Shown here in pieces: positions 13,195 through 26,949 of a stretch of 64,000 nucleotides of DNA (position 1 is the stretch's first letter; each line of letters opens with the position of its first letter). The stretch comes from the human T2T-CHM13v2.0 reference genome, Homo sapiens. The position numbers were made by a program, and so were the translations under genes. The DNA lies in assembly GCF_009914755.1 (NCBI RefSeq), contig NC_060926.1. One strand, given 5' to 3'. The notes under the pieces were generated by a model. The model was not told where the DNA came from. It worked only from the letters and a program-made list of their open reading frames with translations, and made no database searches.

Positions 13195-13330
13195 TGCCAG
13201 GCACAGTGACTCATGCCTGTAATCCCAGCACTTTGGGAGGGCAAGGTGGGAGGATTACTTGAGGCCAGGAATTCAAGATCAACCCGGCCAACATAGCGAG
13301 ACCCCATCTCTATTTAAATTTAATAAAAAA
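13195..13330 (+). mobile_element. FLAM / free left Alu monomer
   Basis: Single monomer ending in an A-rich tail; diverged TSD gaaataaacctatgtta / gaaacaagcccatgtta. Confidence 0.85.
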
Positions 13331-13369
13331 GGAAACAAGCCCATGTTAGTCTAACACACATTGTTCATC

Positions 13370-13565
13370 AGAGGTCTTGGAATCAGAAGACTTAGACTAA
13401 AGTTCCAAGTCTACCTTTTGCCACTTGTATGACCATGGGCAAGTCACTGACCCACAATCTTCTCATCATAAAACAAGAAAAACCTGCTTTATCGATTTCA
13501 GTGCATTGTTGTGAGGCTCGAATGTATTCACAGATACATATACAAAAGTGCTTTAAAACCTGTAA
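13370..13565 (+). mobile_element. MIR
   Basis: MIR core tgtatgaccatgggcaagtcact...ctcatcataaaa...ttgttgtgagg. Confidence 0.65.
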
Positions 13566-14036
13566 AGTTACTCGCAGGTGACAGCGACTCTTATGTGTCT
13601 CACAACACTGATACCAGTTTACAATTTCTTACAAGACTCATCACCACAACCTCCACAACCTGTGCCTATTTATTGTTTCATCTAGAAATGCAGGCATATC
13701 AGAAAAAATTTTCCTATTTAAGTTAATTAGTTATAATTATAGGAAAAAGACACTCTGAATGTAGTGTCCCCAAAGAATGAAGAAGGGAAGAGGGAATGGT
13801 TATTTGCATGCCACTATTGGAATACAGTTTAGTGAGGCCCAATGCCGGGGTCTATTACTGTATTCTACTATCATAAGAAGTACTTATGATACTTCCAGGA
13901 CAGTATTCCATTAGCACAAGTACTGGGTTGGGAAAGTATTCAATAATCATACAAGGTGAAGTGGCAGAGGCAGACAAACAGAGAGAGACAGACAAAGAGA
14001 TAAAGAAATCCTTTTCTGCACTGAAAATTCGAGTTC

Positions 14037-14105
14037 ATGTGATCACACCACTGTACTCCAGCCTGGGCAACACAGCAAGACCCTGTTTACAAAAAAAAAA
14101 TAATA
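14037..14105 (+). mobile_element. Alu 3' fragment
   Basis: gtgatcacaccactgtactccagcctgggcaacacagcaagaccctg + A-tail. Confidence 0.85.
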
Positions 14106-15006
14106 AAGAACAGAAAAGTCAAGTTCAGAGTTGCTGAGTGAATAGCAGAGACTGTGTATATGCTAAACAGCATCTTATTTAGTTCCATACTTAATGCCTC
14201 TCACCCTTTTGTATGTTTTCCATTGGAAAAGACTTGCAAAAGGAACAGGAAATAGCAGAATATCCAAACAACCTTCATGTAGTCTGCTGAGGGAGGATAA
14301 AATATACAAAAGTGGCTCAGCGAGGCAGCCCTTGAATGACTCGCCCCAGCTGGGGCAACACAGCCTCACTTTTGACAGCAGCTTGAAGTTGATAACTTGG
14401 TGAAGACTGTACACAAGGAGCGGGCATCAGCACACCCACGGCCCCACACAGAAGCCCTGGTATCTTGAATTCCTCCTCGAAGATCTAGCCACGCCCACAT
14501 GCGCACAGAGGGACACTCAGCCCTCACTGCTTAAATAAAGATGGAGCCTCACCGGGCTGCTCTTCCTAAACGGGTGGCTTGCTCATTCATGACTGCTACT
14601 TTCTACAGTCAGGCCCCAGGTTATGTCTCACCTTGTAACTGATCTCTAGTTGTTCTTCCATTCATGTAGCAGAATAATATTTTTGCAGCATTATCTTATT
14701 TGGTTTTATCTCATGGTAATTTTCCCCCACAGAAGCAAAGAGTAGGCTCAGAATCCCTTGCCCCCGAGGAAATTGGCGTGGCAGAATCTCCTGGGCATGT
14801 GTGGCTCCAGGAACTTCCGCCCCTCGGAGATCATGCTTGTGCCTCTGACGTGGACATCACCGCAGAGGGCTGCTTCTGGGAAGATGGAACAAATCAATGG
14901 GGGAAGGAGTTCCCTGAGGGTAGAAAAGGTTTCCTGAGGTGAGGTAAGAATAAGGGAGAGAGTTATGCGGGCAAAGTCCTGAGTGGGTCTCAGGAAGAAC
15001 GCCCCC

Positions 15007-15470
15007 CACACAGACACACATGGTCACAGAGACCCAGACACATATGGTCACACAGACAGATAGACACACTTATACACATAGACACACAGAGACATGTATG
15101 GTCATAGCAACACACATGGACACATATACACAGGCACAGAGATATATATAAACACAAATATACAGCTAGACACAGAGACACACAGACACATAGACACACA
15201 TGCACACTCAAACATATTTATACAAGTGGCACACACAGACATATACGGAAAGCCACACATAGAGACACACATGAACATATATACATGAGCACACATACAG
15301 ATAGACATGGACACACATACACACATGGACACATATATAGGCACAAAAACACATGGACACACAAACACAGATACACACACAGACACACATGGACACACAT
15401 ATGCAAATAGCCACAGACATGGATACCCATGGACACCCAGGACACACACACAAGGACATACACATGAAAA
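15007..15470. repeat. Degenerate CA-rich low-complexity/minisatellite tract
   Basis: Reiterated gacacacatg/acacatggac/acatata units. Confidence 0.9.
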
Positions 15471-15994
15471 CACTCTCCTGTTCTAATTGTTGGACAGGCC
15501 CTTGCGGGCTGTGTCCAGGTGACAGGGCCATGGGAAGCCTCACTGAAATCCCCATGTTCCAGCCCGGCATCAAGGTTACAGTCCCTCAGTTATTAGACTT
15601 AAAGAGGCCCAAAAGGAAAAGAATAAGATGATCACAATCCATGGGCAATCAAGGACCAGGCAGCCCATGCAAGTCCCAGAGGATACCACAATGAATAGAG
15701 GAATAGATGAGCTCATTGTCCCTTGATCCCAACACCTTGCTATTGTACCAGAAGAGAGAGAGGGAAGCTTTAGATTATTCGAAGTAGTTTCCATCATACC
15801 AGCAGAATAAAACTGGAAACAAATTAAATTGAGTTGTAGAAAAAATAAAATCAAATTTTGTGCATACCAAGGCTGGTGGACTGAGATCCATACCAGCTAT
15901 CTGTGTACATTTTTGTCTCCTGATTAAATTGTGAGTTCCCAGAATATGCCTGACAGGTATCGTTTCCTCTAGTATTCTTGCAGCAGAGCTTGTC

Positions 15995-16125
15995 AGATGT
16001 GACTGTTCACTTGAATCACTTAGATCTAGTTAAAACAGAGATTCTTATTCAGTAAAGCTAAGGTAGGGTCCAAGATTCTTCATTTTTAACAAGTCCCCAG
16101 ATGTTGCTGATCCTGAGTAGCAAAG
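15995..16125. mobile_element. MER5-family fragment
   Basis: gaatcacttagatctagttaaaacagagattc...ttcagtaa...catttttaacaagtccccagatgttgctgat. Confidence 0.6.
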
Positions 16126-16330
16126 CCACAGAGATTCATAGTGATCTGCCCATGTACTAGATGCTGGGGTGAGGGGAGGAACAAACACATAAATAGAAAA
16201 TGGATCCTGAAAAAACTGAAGAATTGTGGAAGTGTCCTGACTCTATTCATCATTCATGTTTCTACCTTTAGGCTCAGCTGGAATAGGAGAGATGGAAGGT
16301 ACAACACATGTAGAATACGATGCTAAATGA

Positions 16331-16738
<408 letters not shown>

Positions 16739-17764
16739 ACGTTAATTAACTCTTTGTGCACATATCCAGAGTTATACCCAGATAGACACACCTGGATACA
16801 TATCCAGATGGACATATATAGATGCACAGACACACATGGACACACATGTTGGGCACATGTTATCTCACTGGGTCCATAAAAGAACTACTTATATAAGTCA
16901 GAATACTGAGGGCCATGGTGATAGTGACTAATCTAAAGCCAGAGATCAGCAAAAGACAAGGAATGGATTTGAACCTGATTTTCTTTTATGTTCTGTTCTC
17001 TTCCCAATATCCTAATGAACCAAACTTGCTATAAAGCATTGTTATAAGTGATTGTTAGGCCTTTGATTCAGGCCACAGTATTTTATTGCTCGATGGGAAC
17101 TGGCAAAAAGAGATTCTTACATTATTGGTCAAAAAGATCATTTTTATTTATGAAAAAGATGTTCACAGGGTGATTGCTCATCAGAAGGCATCTGATTTCC
17201 ATCTGGAAAACAGGCAACAATCTCATATGTGATTCAGTTTAAATATCCTTCTTTATTTCAAATTCTTTCTGGATTTATTTGCCTTTCATGAAAGGCAGAC
17301 TTACTGTCCCAATGGTTATTACTATATCACTGAAGACATTATAAGTGCTTAGAGAGGCAACTTCTAACAAAATGAGGAAAATCAATTTATAAAAAATATA
17401 TAGAATTAATAATTCTGGTGGTTCGTTCATGCATCTTCTGTTTGCAAAGAAATTTCTCTCGAACTCTACAATTAAATTGTAAATGAATTCTAGAGTAAAA
17501 CTGATTATGTCGTCTTTCAGACAAAATTCTTAAGACTGACATGCTGCCCTAGGGTTGGAGAAACATCAGAGAGCTTAGGGCAGAAACACAGGCGAAATAA
17601 GTCCATAGTACTGCACCTGAGGCCATCATTAAATTGTGAGTTGCATGATTAAGAGATCATGTAATGTCTCTCCTGCTATGCCTGGAATTTCTCTTCAACA
17701 TAATATACTTAATTTAGCCAACACAGTGCCACATTTAGACAGAGGTAAAGAAATATACACATTA

Positions 17765-18109
<345 letters not shown>

Positions 18110-18869
18110 TTAGTCTTGCAATTGCTTCAATGTAGTAGCAATGCAGCTAGTTTGGGGTGACTGTCACAAGGCAGAAACAACCTTGATACCCATCTGCCAG
18201 AACCAGGAAAACTTGATTTGTCCTGGATAGCCCTGGTTCCCACTGTGGAGCCAACACAACCATTAATAGGTCTTCTCTTCACTTTCAAATGTGTCCCAAT
18301 TTGGACAACAAATTATATAGTCACTTTATTTCTGAGTGACTTTCATTTCTGCACAAACATCACTGTTTGCTAATCTGCTGATTATGCTGGGAATCCTGCC
18401 ATGCAAAGAGAAGAGTGATGAGTATAGATCCGAGTGTCTCCAGATTAAAGAAAGCATGGAATAAATCAATAGCAACAATAACACCACCTTAAATCTCCGT
18501 CACGAATATCTGAGGAGACATGAAGTTTTAAAAAACTTTTCTAATTAATTTCTTACAGAGGGACAAATGCAGTCATTATCACCACATGACAGGTGAAATC
18601 AAGCAAAGTTAGTTAAAAAGTATCTGACCACCTCCTACTTGATGATGAGCTTAATTATAGGTGATTGGGCATGAAAGCACCTAAAAATAAAACATATTGT
18701 TCTATCCTCAAGGTGCTTGGAACCTACTGTGGGAAAGCCCAGGCCAGTGAAGAAAACGTAAGAAGTACTAAATGACAGGTACAGACTATTATGCCCAAGT
18801 GTTGAAAGATCCCTCTCCAGGTTACATAAGAAATATGTGTCAGGGTTAAGAATAGACGGAGTAGAAAGA

Positions 18870-19045
18870 AAATAAACATTTATCAAGCACGTACTATAAG
18901 CTGTATATATCTATGCACTAGCTTTATGTCTTATCTCACTTAATTCTCATTACAAGCCCTAGAAACAGACTCTTAAGGGAAGGAACTGGCCTGAGGTCAC
19001 CCAGAGTCCACTCCAGACAACAGAATCCAAAGCCTGTGTTCCCTC
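18870..19045 (-). mobile_element. MIR
   Basis: acatttatcaagcac...ttatctcacttaattctca...ggcctgaggtcacccag. Confidence 0.5.
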
Positions 19046-20079
19046 CTCTGTGCTGTTTAAACTGCCTTCATTTTTCATATCCCAGGGCAGACAGAGGCCA
19101 ATAACAGGAATCCATCAATTGTCTATACTCAGGAGAAATCAATTCAAAATTGTACAAAATGTAATACCAAAAAAAAAAAATTAAAATCAGATTTTTTTGA
19201 ACTGTAAAAAAAAAAAAGAAAGAAGACTGCTACACTGCATTTCCCTCATTCAATTTCAAAAGCAAATTCCCACACAGTTGTGTATGATTAGGGAAAGAAA
19301 GGGAAAAAAAAGGAGGGGGGATTGTGTAAAAAGACGTAGTGATTCAAGAAGTGTTTGTTGAGCGCGTCATGTTGAATTCCCTAGGAAGACTACCCTGTGG
19401 AATACATTACCATTTGCTCTTCTCCTAATGCTAATCAGAACAAAATCCCCTATTCTGTGCTGCCATCATTGTGTAGTAGGGTCAGGAGTTGCTGAGCTGC
19501 TGCTGAAGGCTTCAAAGCCTTTGTCCTGTTATTGATTCAACTCCCCACACTTCAATTTATCAGATACTTTGCAGTTGCAAAGAAGGTGCTGGATGGAGAA
19601 AGGGAGTTGGGAGGAGAGTTGAGACACGATTCCTGCCCACTTGTACTATCCCCCAGGAAAGCGGAACCAGTGTGTATACAAGAGAAGTCACAATGCAGTG
19701 AACCGAGAGTGAGGTAAATCATGTGCCCTGAAGACACGAGTGCCCAGTCACAACAAACTCCCCTCTCCCTTTCTCTCCCACAGATGAGCATGAATGTTCT
19801 TATTGAAACAGGGCACGTAACACCATCTATGACTTCTTCACTGGTTTGTTATAAGAATGTAATTTTTTAATGAAATAAAATCACTGAAAGTGCACTTCGA
19901 AAACTCTAGTATACAAATGAAAGGTATTATTTTTAAAGAAAACTGGGCCCACTGTTTAATGCAAATCCACACTGTCCTGCTAAATGATGAATCAAACAGG
20001 CTAACGTGCATCTGCTGAGAACTGCGGGTGCACTTGGAGTCTCGGGTTCCTCCCATCTCTGCAGCCTCCCTGCCTGGTC

Positions 20080-20440
20080 TCTGTCCATTCTCCTCTTGCA
20101 GCCCAGCCAAGGCCCTTTTTCACACTGAACTGCCTTCTCCAATGATCTCATGCACACTCATGCTTCAATTCTCTGTTGACCCGAAGTTATGCCTCCAGCC
20201 CAGACGTCTCTGAACTCCAGACTCATACATTTCCTGCCTAGTGGAGATTTCCACTTAGAAGTCTCTAAAGCCTGTCCAAAAGGAACTCTCTATCTTCCTT
20301 CTCCTCCAAACAATATGTCCATTTCCCATGTTCCCATTCTCAGTGAGTGCCGATTGTTGTTTACTAGTTACCCAAGTCAGAACATGGCCATCGACTCAGC
20401 ACCTCCTGCCTCTTCACCCTCTATCCAGAATTATCTTCTT
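20080..20440 (+). mobile_element. L2 ORF2 fragment
   Basis: ccagcccagacgtctctgaactccagactcatacatttcctgccta...ttccactt, characteristic of L2. Confidence 0.7.
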
Positions 20441-20792
20441 TCACTTAGCTTGTTTAGGATATAACATAAAAGGGAAGGAGGTTGGAAGATAACATTTCCT
20501 ATGCACACTTACTCATCATGTTCCCTCATGATTAAATGTTCATTTCTGATTTTGGTATGCTAAGAATATCTTTTGTTTCTATAGAGAACAAACAACATTC
20601 AGCTCTATACAGACAAGCATTTTCCTCACTGGGGTCCCTGAAATGTTATTTCTAAATGATTTTAATAGGAGATGTTTCTTTAAAAAATAAAAAGGTGGAA
20701 GTTGTTCCAACGTTAAATTGTATATTGATTGTATTTCCAGGCCTGCCCCTTCACCTCTGGTTCCCAGGATTTGGGCTTCTAGGCAAATGCTA

Positions 20793-21126
20793 TCTTTCTT
20801 TTCTTTTCTTTTTTTCTTTTATTTATTTATTTATTTATTTTTTGAGACAGGGTCTCACTCTGTCACCCAGATTAGAGTGCAGTAGCACGATCACAACTCA
20901 CTGCAGCCTTGACCTCCTGGGCTCCAGCGATCCTCCCACCTCAGCCTCCTGAGTAGCTGGAACTGCAGGAGTGAGCCACCACGCCTGGCTAATTTTTGTT
21001 GTTTTTGCAGAGACAGAGTTTTGCCATGCTTCCCAGGCTGGTCTTAAATTCCTGGGCTCAAGCAATCTGCCTGCCTTGGCCTCCCAAAGTGCTGGGGTTT
21101 ACAGGCATGAGCCACCATGCCCGGCC
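20793..21126 (-). mobile_element. AluJ
   Basis: gagacagggtctcactctgtcaccc...gcagccttgacctcctgggctc; T-rich/(ttta)n tail. Confidence 0.92.
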
Positions 21127-22377
21127 ACCAAATGGGATTATCACTCTGGCCCCAAGAAATGAACAAGATGATTCCATCTGCTTAGAACACACTGACAGTA
21201 TAATTTGTGTACAAATATGATGTTTGATTTTAAGACGGTGACTTGTTTTTTGCTGCTGTCGGGCTTGCTGGCTTTTTGATGTACCGGAGCGAATCATGAG
21301 CTAGATGAGTCTATGCACCCTAGCTTGTATGAGCTTGGCTATTTTCATTGGCAGCCCTGACTCTACCAGTTTGTCCTGCCAAAGGACGAGGCCTCAGGTC
21401 CTTTCCCAAAAACAGCCTGATGTAGCAGGACCCACAACCAACCTATTGCTGCTGCTCCAATGGGACCTGCCACCATACTGGCTATCCCCACCCTACACCC
21501 GGTGAAGTATTATACATTAAATGCAGATGTGGCTGGCTCCACCCACCAGCACCATGCATGTCACCCTGCCCAGGGTCTGAAAGCAGTGACCCTTCCCCTC
21601 TCCAGAGTGGACTTTCCCTTTACCACCAGTAGGCGTAGGGGTGCTAAAGGCAGCCACAAAGTTTGCTGTACTTTTCCTCTCATTTTGTGAGTTTGTATTC
21701 TCTGAGAGAGGCCCAATCAGTTGAAGGAAAAGTACCAATCCTTTGTTCCCTCTTTGGCATTGGCGCTTAACCAGTCTAAAGCACAAGAGAACCCTACATA
21801 CTTGAGCCTCATTGCAGAGCCACAGCATGCAGCAACACAGCCATGTATCTGAGGAGTCCTGCTGCCAAGAACCTGCTTGCTTTCCTTTAATCTAGTTTCT
21901 CAAACTATTTTGAACATGGAACACTTTTGAACAACCTGATTTTTAGGGATCCATGTTGCTAAAGACTGGCAAAAGTCCTGGGGGCTTTGGAAGGAGCTCA
22001 TGCAGCAGGATGCTCTGGGTGAGCCCAGACTGATTTAAGCTTTCAGGTGGGTCAGAACAGGTGGCCTAGGAAGGGTTACTTGTGTACCTTGGCATGAAAT
22101 AATCTGCATGTGAGCTCCAGATCCTGTGCTGGTAACGTAGGTGGAGTTGGTGCAGGAGAACCTGAAAGGAGGAAGGGAAAAGGGAGCAGAGAGGCCAGAA
22201 GGAACAGTGTGGAATCTGCCTCCTCCTGCCACCCCTACCCTTCCTACGCACCTTCCGTGGCCTCCAGCTTGAACACTTGGACAGAGAAAGCTCAGAGTAG
22301 CTCTGAAAACCATGACACGGTAGGTGCATAAGACTGTGAACACAGTGGGGGCCACTTGAGGCCCAGAGCAATACTGA

Positions 22378-22676
<299 letters not shown>

Positions 22677-23436
22677 GAAACATTTTTTTTTAAATTTCAA
22701 CTTTTATTTTAGATACAGGGGGTACATGTGCAGGTTTGTTACATGGGAATATTATGTGATGCTGAGGTTTGGGTATGGATCCCACCACCCAAGTAGTGAG
22801 CATAGTACCCAGTAGGGAGTTACCCACCCACACCCCCCTTTTTTCCTCCTCCCTCCAGTAGTCCACGTGTCTATTCTTCCTATATTTATGTCCATGTGTG
22901 CTAAATATTTAGCTCCCACTTACAAGTGAGAACATAGGGTATTTGGTTTTCTGTTCCTGTGTTAATTCACTTAAGATTACGGCCTCCAGCTGTATCCATG
23001 TTGCTATAAAGGACATGATTTCTTTCCTTTTTATGGTTGTTTAGTATTCCGTCATGTATATGTGCCACATTTTCTTTATACAATCTACCGCTGATGGGCA
23101 CCTGGGTTGATTCCATGTCTTTACTATTGTGAATAGTGGAGCGATGAACATATAAGTGTATGTGTCTTTTAGGTAGAATGATTTAGTTTCCTTTGAGTAT
23201 ATGCCCAATAATGAGATTGCTGGGTCAAATGGTAGCTCTGTTTTAAGTTCTTTGAGAAATCTTCAGACTGTTTTCCACAGTGGCTGAACTAACTTACATT
23301 CCCACCAGCAGCGTATAAGTGTTCCCTTCTTTTTGCAGTCTCATTGGCATCTGTTGTTTTTGGACTTTCAAGTGATAGCCATGCTGACTCGTGTGAGGTG
23401 GTATTTCACTGTGGTTTTGCTTTGTATTTCTCTGAT

Positions 23437-24936
23437 TGAGAGGTGACAGCGTGCTGGCAGCCCTTGCAGCCCTTGCTCGCTCTCGGTGCCTCCTCAGCCT
23501 CGGCACCCATTCTGGCCACGCTTGAGGAGCCCTTCAGCCTGCTGCTGCACTGTGGGGGCCCTTCTCTGGGCTGGCCGAGGCCAGAGCCGGCTCTCTCCGC
23601 TTGCAGGGAGTTGTGGAGGGAGTGGCATGGGCGGGAACTGGGGCTGCGCATGGCACTTGCCGGCCAGCTAGAGTTCTGGGTGGGCATGGGCTTGGCGGGC
23701 CCCACACTCCGAGTGGCTGGCCAGCCCTGCCGGCCCCGGGCAGTGAAGGGCTTAGCACCCAGGCCAGCAGCTGCGGAGGGTGTGCCGGGTCCCCCAGCAG
23801 TGCCAGCCCACTGGCACTGCACTCGATTTCTCACCAGGCCTTAGCTGCCTCCCCAAGGGGCAGGGCTCAGGACCTGCAGCCTGCCATGCCTGAGCCTCCC
23901 CTCCCCACCCCACCATGGGCTCCTGCACGGCCTGAGCCTCCCCGATGAGTGCCGCCCCCTGCTCCACGGTGCTGATCCCATCAACCGCCCAAGGGCTGAG
24001 GAGTGCAAGCAAACGGCGCCAGACTGGCAGGCAACTCCACCTGCTGCCCAGGTGTGAGATCCACTGGGTGAAGCCAGCTGGGCTCCTGAGTCTAGTAGGG
24101 ACTTGGAGAACCTTTATGTCTAGCTAAGGGTTGTAAATACACCAATCAGCACACTCTATCTAGCTCAAGGTTTGTAAACACACCAATCAGCACCTTGTGT
24201 CTAGCTCAGGGTTTGTGGATGCACCAATCGGCACTCTGTATCTAGCTAATCTGGTGGGGACTTGGAAAATCTTTATGTCTAGCCGAGGGATTGTAAATAC
24301 ATTAATCGGCACTCTGTATCTAGCTCAAGGTTTGTAAATGCACCAATCAGCACTCTGTGTCTAGCTCAGGGTTTGTAACTACACCAATCAGCACTCTGTA
24401 TCTAGCTAATCTAGTGGGGAGGGGGAGAACTTTTGTGTCTAGCTCAGGGATTGTAAACACACCTATCAGCACCCTGTCAAAACGGACCAATCAGCTCTCT
24501 GTAAAACAGACCAATTGGCTCTCTGTAAAATGGACCAATCAGCAGGATGTGGGTGGGGCCAGATAAGAGAATAAAAGCAGGCTGCCCCAGCCAGCAGTGG
24601 CAACCTGCTTGGGTCCCCTTCTACACTGTGAAGGCTTTGTTTTTTCACTCTTTGCAATAAATCTTGTTGCTGCTCACTCTTTGGGTCCACACTGCCTTTA
24701 GGAGCTGTAACACTCATCATGAAGGTTTACAGCTTCACTTCTGAAGCCAGCAAGACCATGAACCCACCAGAAGGAAAAAACTCCGAACACACCCAAACAG
24801 CAGAAGGAACACATCCAAACATCAGAAGGAACAAACTCCGGACACGCCCGCCGCCTTTAAGAACTGTAATACCTCGAGGGTCCACGGCCTCATTCTTGAA
24901 ATCAGTGAGACCAAGAACCCACCAATTCCGGACACG
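23437..24936 (+). mobile_element. LTR12 (ERV9; LTR12C/D/E-like) solo LTR, 1500 bp
   Basis: Begins tgagaggtgacagcgtgctggcag, ends accaattccggacac; 4-bp TSD tgat; GC-rich U3 5' part and tandem CCAAT units. Confidence 0.95.
24100..24600 (+). promoter_or_regulatory. ERV9 U3 enhancer array and promoter (CCAAT/NF-Y boxes, GC box, GATA, TATA-like aataaaa)
   Basis: Eight intact CCAAT boxes (approx. 24142, 24183, 24224, 24343, 24384, 24487, 24511, 24535; 41-bp period at the start); ggtggggcc 24552; agataa 24561; aataaaa 24570. Confidence 0.75.
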
Positions 24937-26949
24937 TGATGATTACCGATGCTGAGCAATTTTTCATGTTTTTTGACCACTTGTATGTCCTTTTTGAGAA
25001 GTGTCTGTTCATGTCTTTTGCCCATTTTTAATGAGGTTGTTTTTTACCTGTTGATTTGCTCAAGTTCCCTATAGATTCTGCATATTTCGCCTTTGTCAGA
25101 TGCATAGTTTGTGAATATCTTCCTCCATTTGGTAGGTTGTCTGTTTACTCTGCTGATACTCTGTTTTGCCACTTCATCTCCCATCCCCATTTTCTGGCCA
25201 CAAACTGCAGCATAACTTTGGCCCCTTGAGCTAAAAAATAACAGCCTTTCCAGGGCAGCAGCAGCTGAAGAACCAGTAAAGGACCAGGCCAAGGTGTCCA
25301 GAGGGGAAGACAGATTCAGACTTGTCACTGAGCACAGGAAAGACATCAAATGCAAGAGCATGGAAGGGTAAAACCACCACCATTAGCCCTTACTGTGCCT
25401 GTGATTACATCCAGAGGCTGGGGAGCCCCCAGCACTCTGACTCTATTCCCTTTGCTGTTAACTTTCTGGTTTCCTCCTTCCCTTTTTCTCCAGGCCGCAC
25501 TTTCCCCTCCCTCACAGTATCTCTGGAACAATCAGATTCAAGAAGGAGGTAACTGACAGGCAGGGCCTTTTCTATTTTATTCAGGCAACTCAGTGGGTGG
25601 TGGTGTCAAGGCCCCCCATGGGGTTACTGTACATGAAACAAGTCCATAAAACAAACGGTCAAACTCGGGTCGGGGCTGTTGCTAGTAAAGGGAGTTCCCG
25701 TTGTCTTAAATCACCCTGGATTGTTTACTGCAAAAGGCAGTGGTTAATCTGAAACACAGACAGAAATAACTGCAGCCTTGTGCCTCTGCATGTCTTGGCT
25801 GAGCCCAACTTTTGCATTCTAAGCACTGGAAGTACCAAGTGGCCAGGATGGCTGGAAGCCAAAAAGTAATGTTTCCTTTTGCTGTTGTTGAGAAAGGCAT
25901 TCAGGAAAACAATTGAGCACAATAAGGGCCTTCCTGTTCCGGCAAGCAGGCAGCCGTGTGAACCACCCAGTAAACGTGGAGTGAGTCATCCTGGTGCACT
26001 GTAAGCTTCCTTCGCCTTTGTCAATAAGTTCGCTCAGAGGCAGCTGTGGGGAGCATGCAGAACACAGCCCCAGCAGGCTGCAATACTGCGGATTGCTCCC
26101 CTAGATTAGCATTTCCGAAATCTATTTCTCCCATCTCTCCAGGCACCACAGATTTCCCCCCAACAAAGTCAGCGTTTACACAGGGAAATGTCACAAACAC
26201 ATTTGTTTGGGAAAGGCATGGGCCATGCATCTCCCTCCAGCTGGGAAGTCGGTTCTGCAAGGGAAGTCTCACTGAGGCTTGCTCTTAAAACATTCAAAAT
26301 GCCTAAATTTCATGGGATTTTCATTATGTGGTGTACACAAACTATGTTGACTAACATGCACTTGATTAATTGTAGCTGCCCATAAGGGGCAAATCACAAT
26401 GATTGAGTTCAAATGAAACCAGCTATGTACAAAATTGATTAGAATGAGACAGGAAAGAGATAACACCTTAAAATGTGTTTTGACCTTTAATATTTCAGGC
26501 AGTGAGACTGAAATACTACGTTGTACTGAGATGTCCTGGGTCACTGAGAAGGACCTGGAGAGATGTAGGATGGTCAATGATTCCTTGATAGTGGTAAAGA
26601 TGGAGCATGCTCTCTCTCTTTTCCTTTCCCTTTCTCTCAGTCTCTCTCCCTTTCTTTTTGCCTCTCTCCCCTACTTCTAGGGTATTCCATTTTGCCATGA
26701 ATGGGTCTAAACTCTAAAAGATCTTTCAGAGCATGACCCAGTAGAGATGGCAGACTTGACATCATTCTTCATAACCATTCTTCATAACCTGTTCCAGGAC
26801 CCCACCTACAATGGTGCTTAAACCAGAGTTAGAATGACTGACATTAAGTTTTAAGCATCCATTTTGCCTGCTCAAAAAGAGTTGCCACTAGCCATTCATG
26901 TTTTATTACAGCGAGACAATCTATTTAGGTAAGAGACAGTATGCTGGTA

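Larger units (their letters stand above)
22683..25170 (-). mobile_element. 5'-truncated old L1PA (PA13-16-like) 3' end, split by LTR12
   Basis: ttttattttagatacagggggtacatgtgcaggtttgttacatggg...; L1 text resumes after the LTR (tctctgat|gattaccgatgctgagca). Confidence 0.88.

Noticed and set aside
14990-15631. Cys/Val-rich and His/Thr-rich ORFs
   Set aside because: Translations of the CA/TG low-complexity tract
21620-21640. CTCF-like ccaccagtaggcg
   Set aside because: Mismatches at core positions; not supportable by eye
23294-24127. Many overlapping ORFs on both strands
   Set aside because: Artefact of the GC-rich LTR12 U3; a solo LTR has no gag/pol/env
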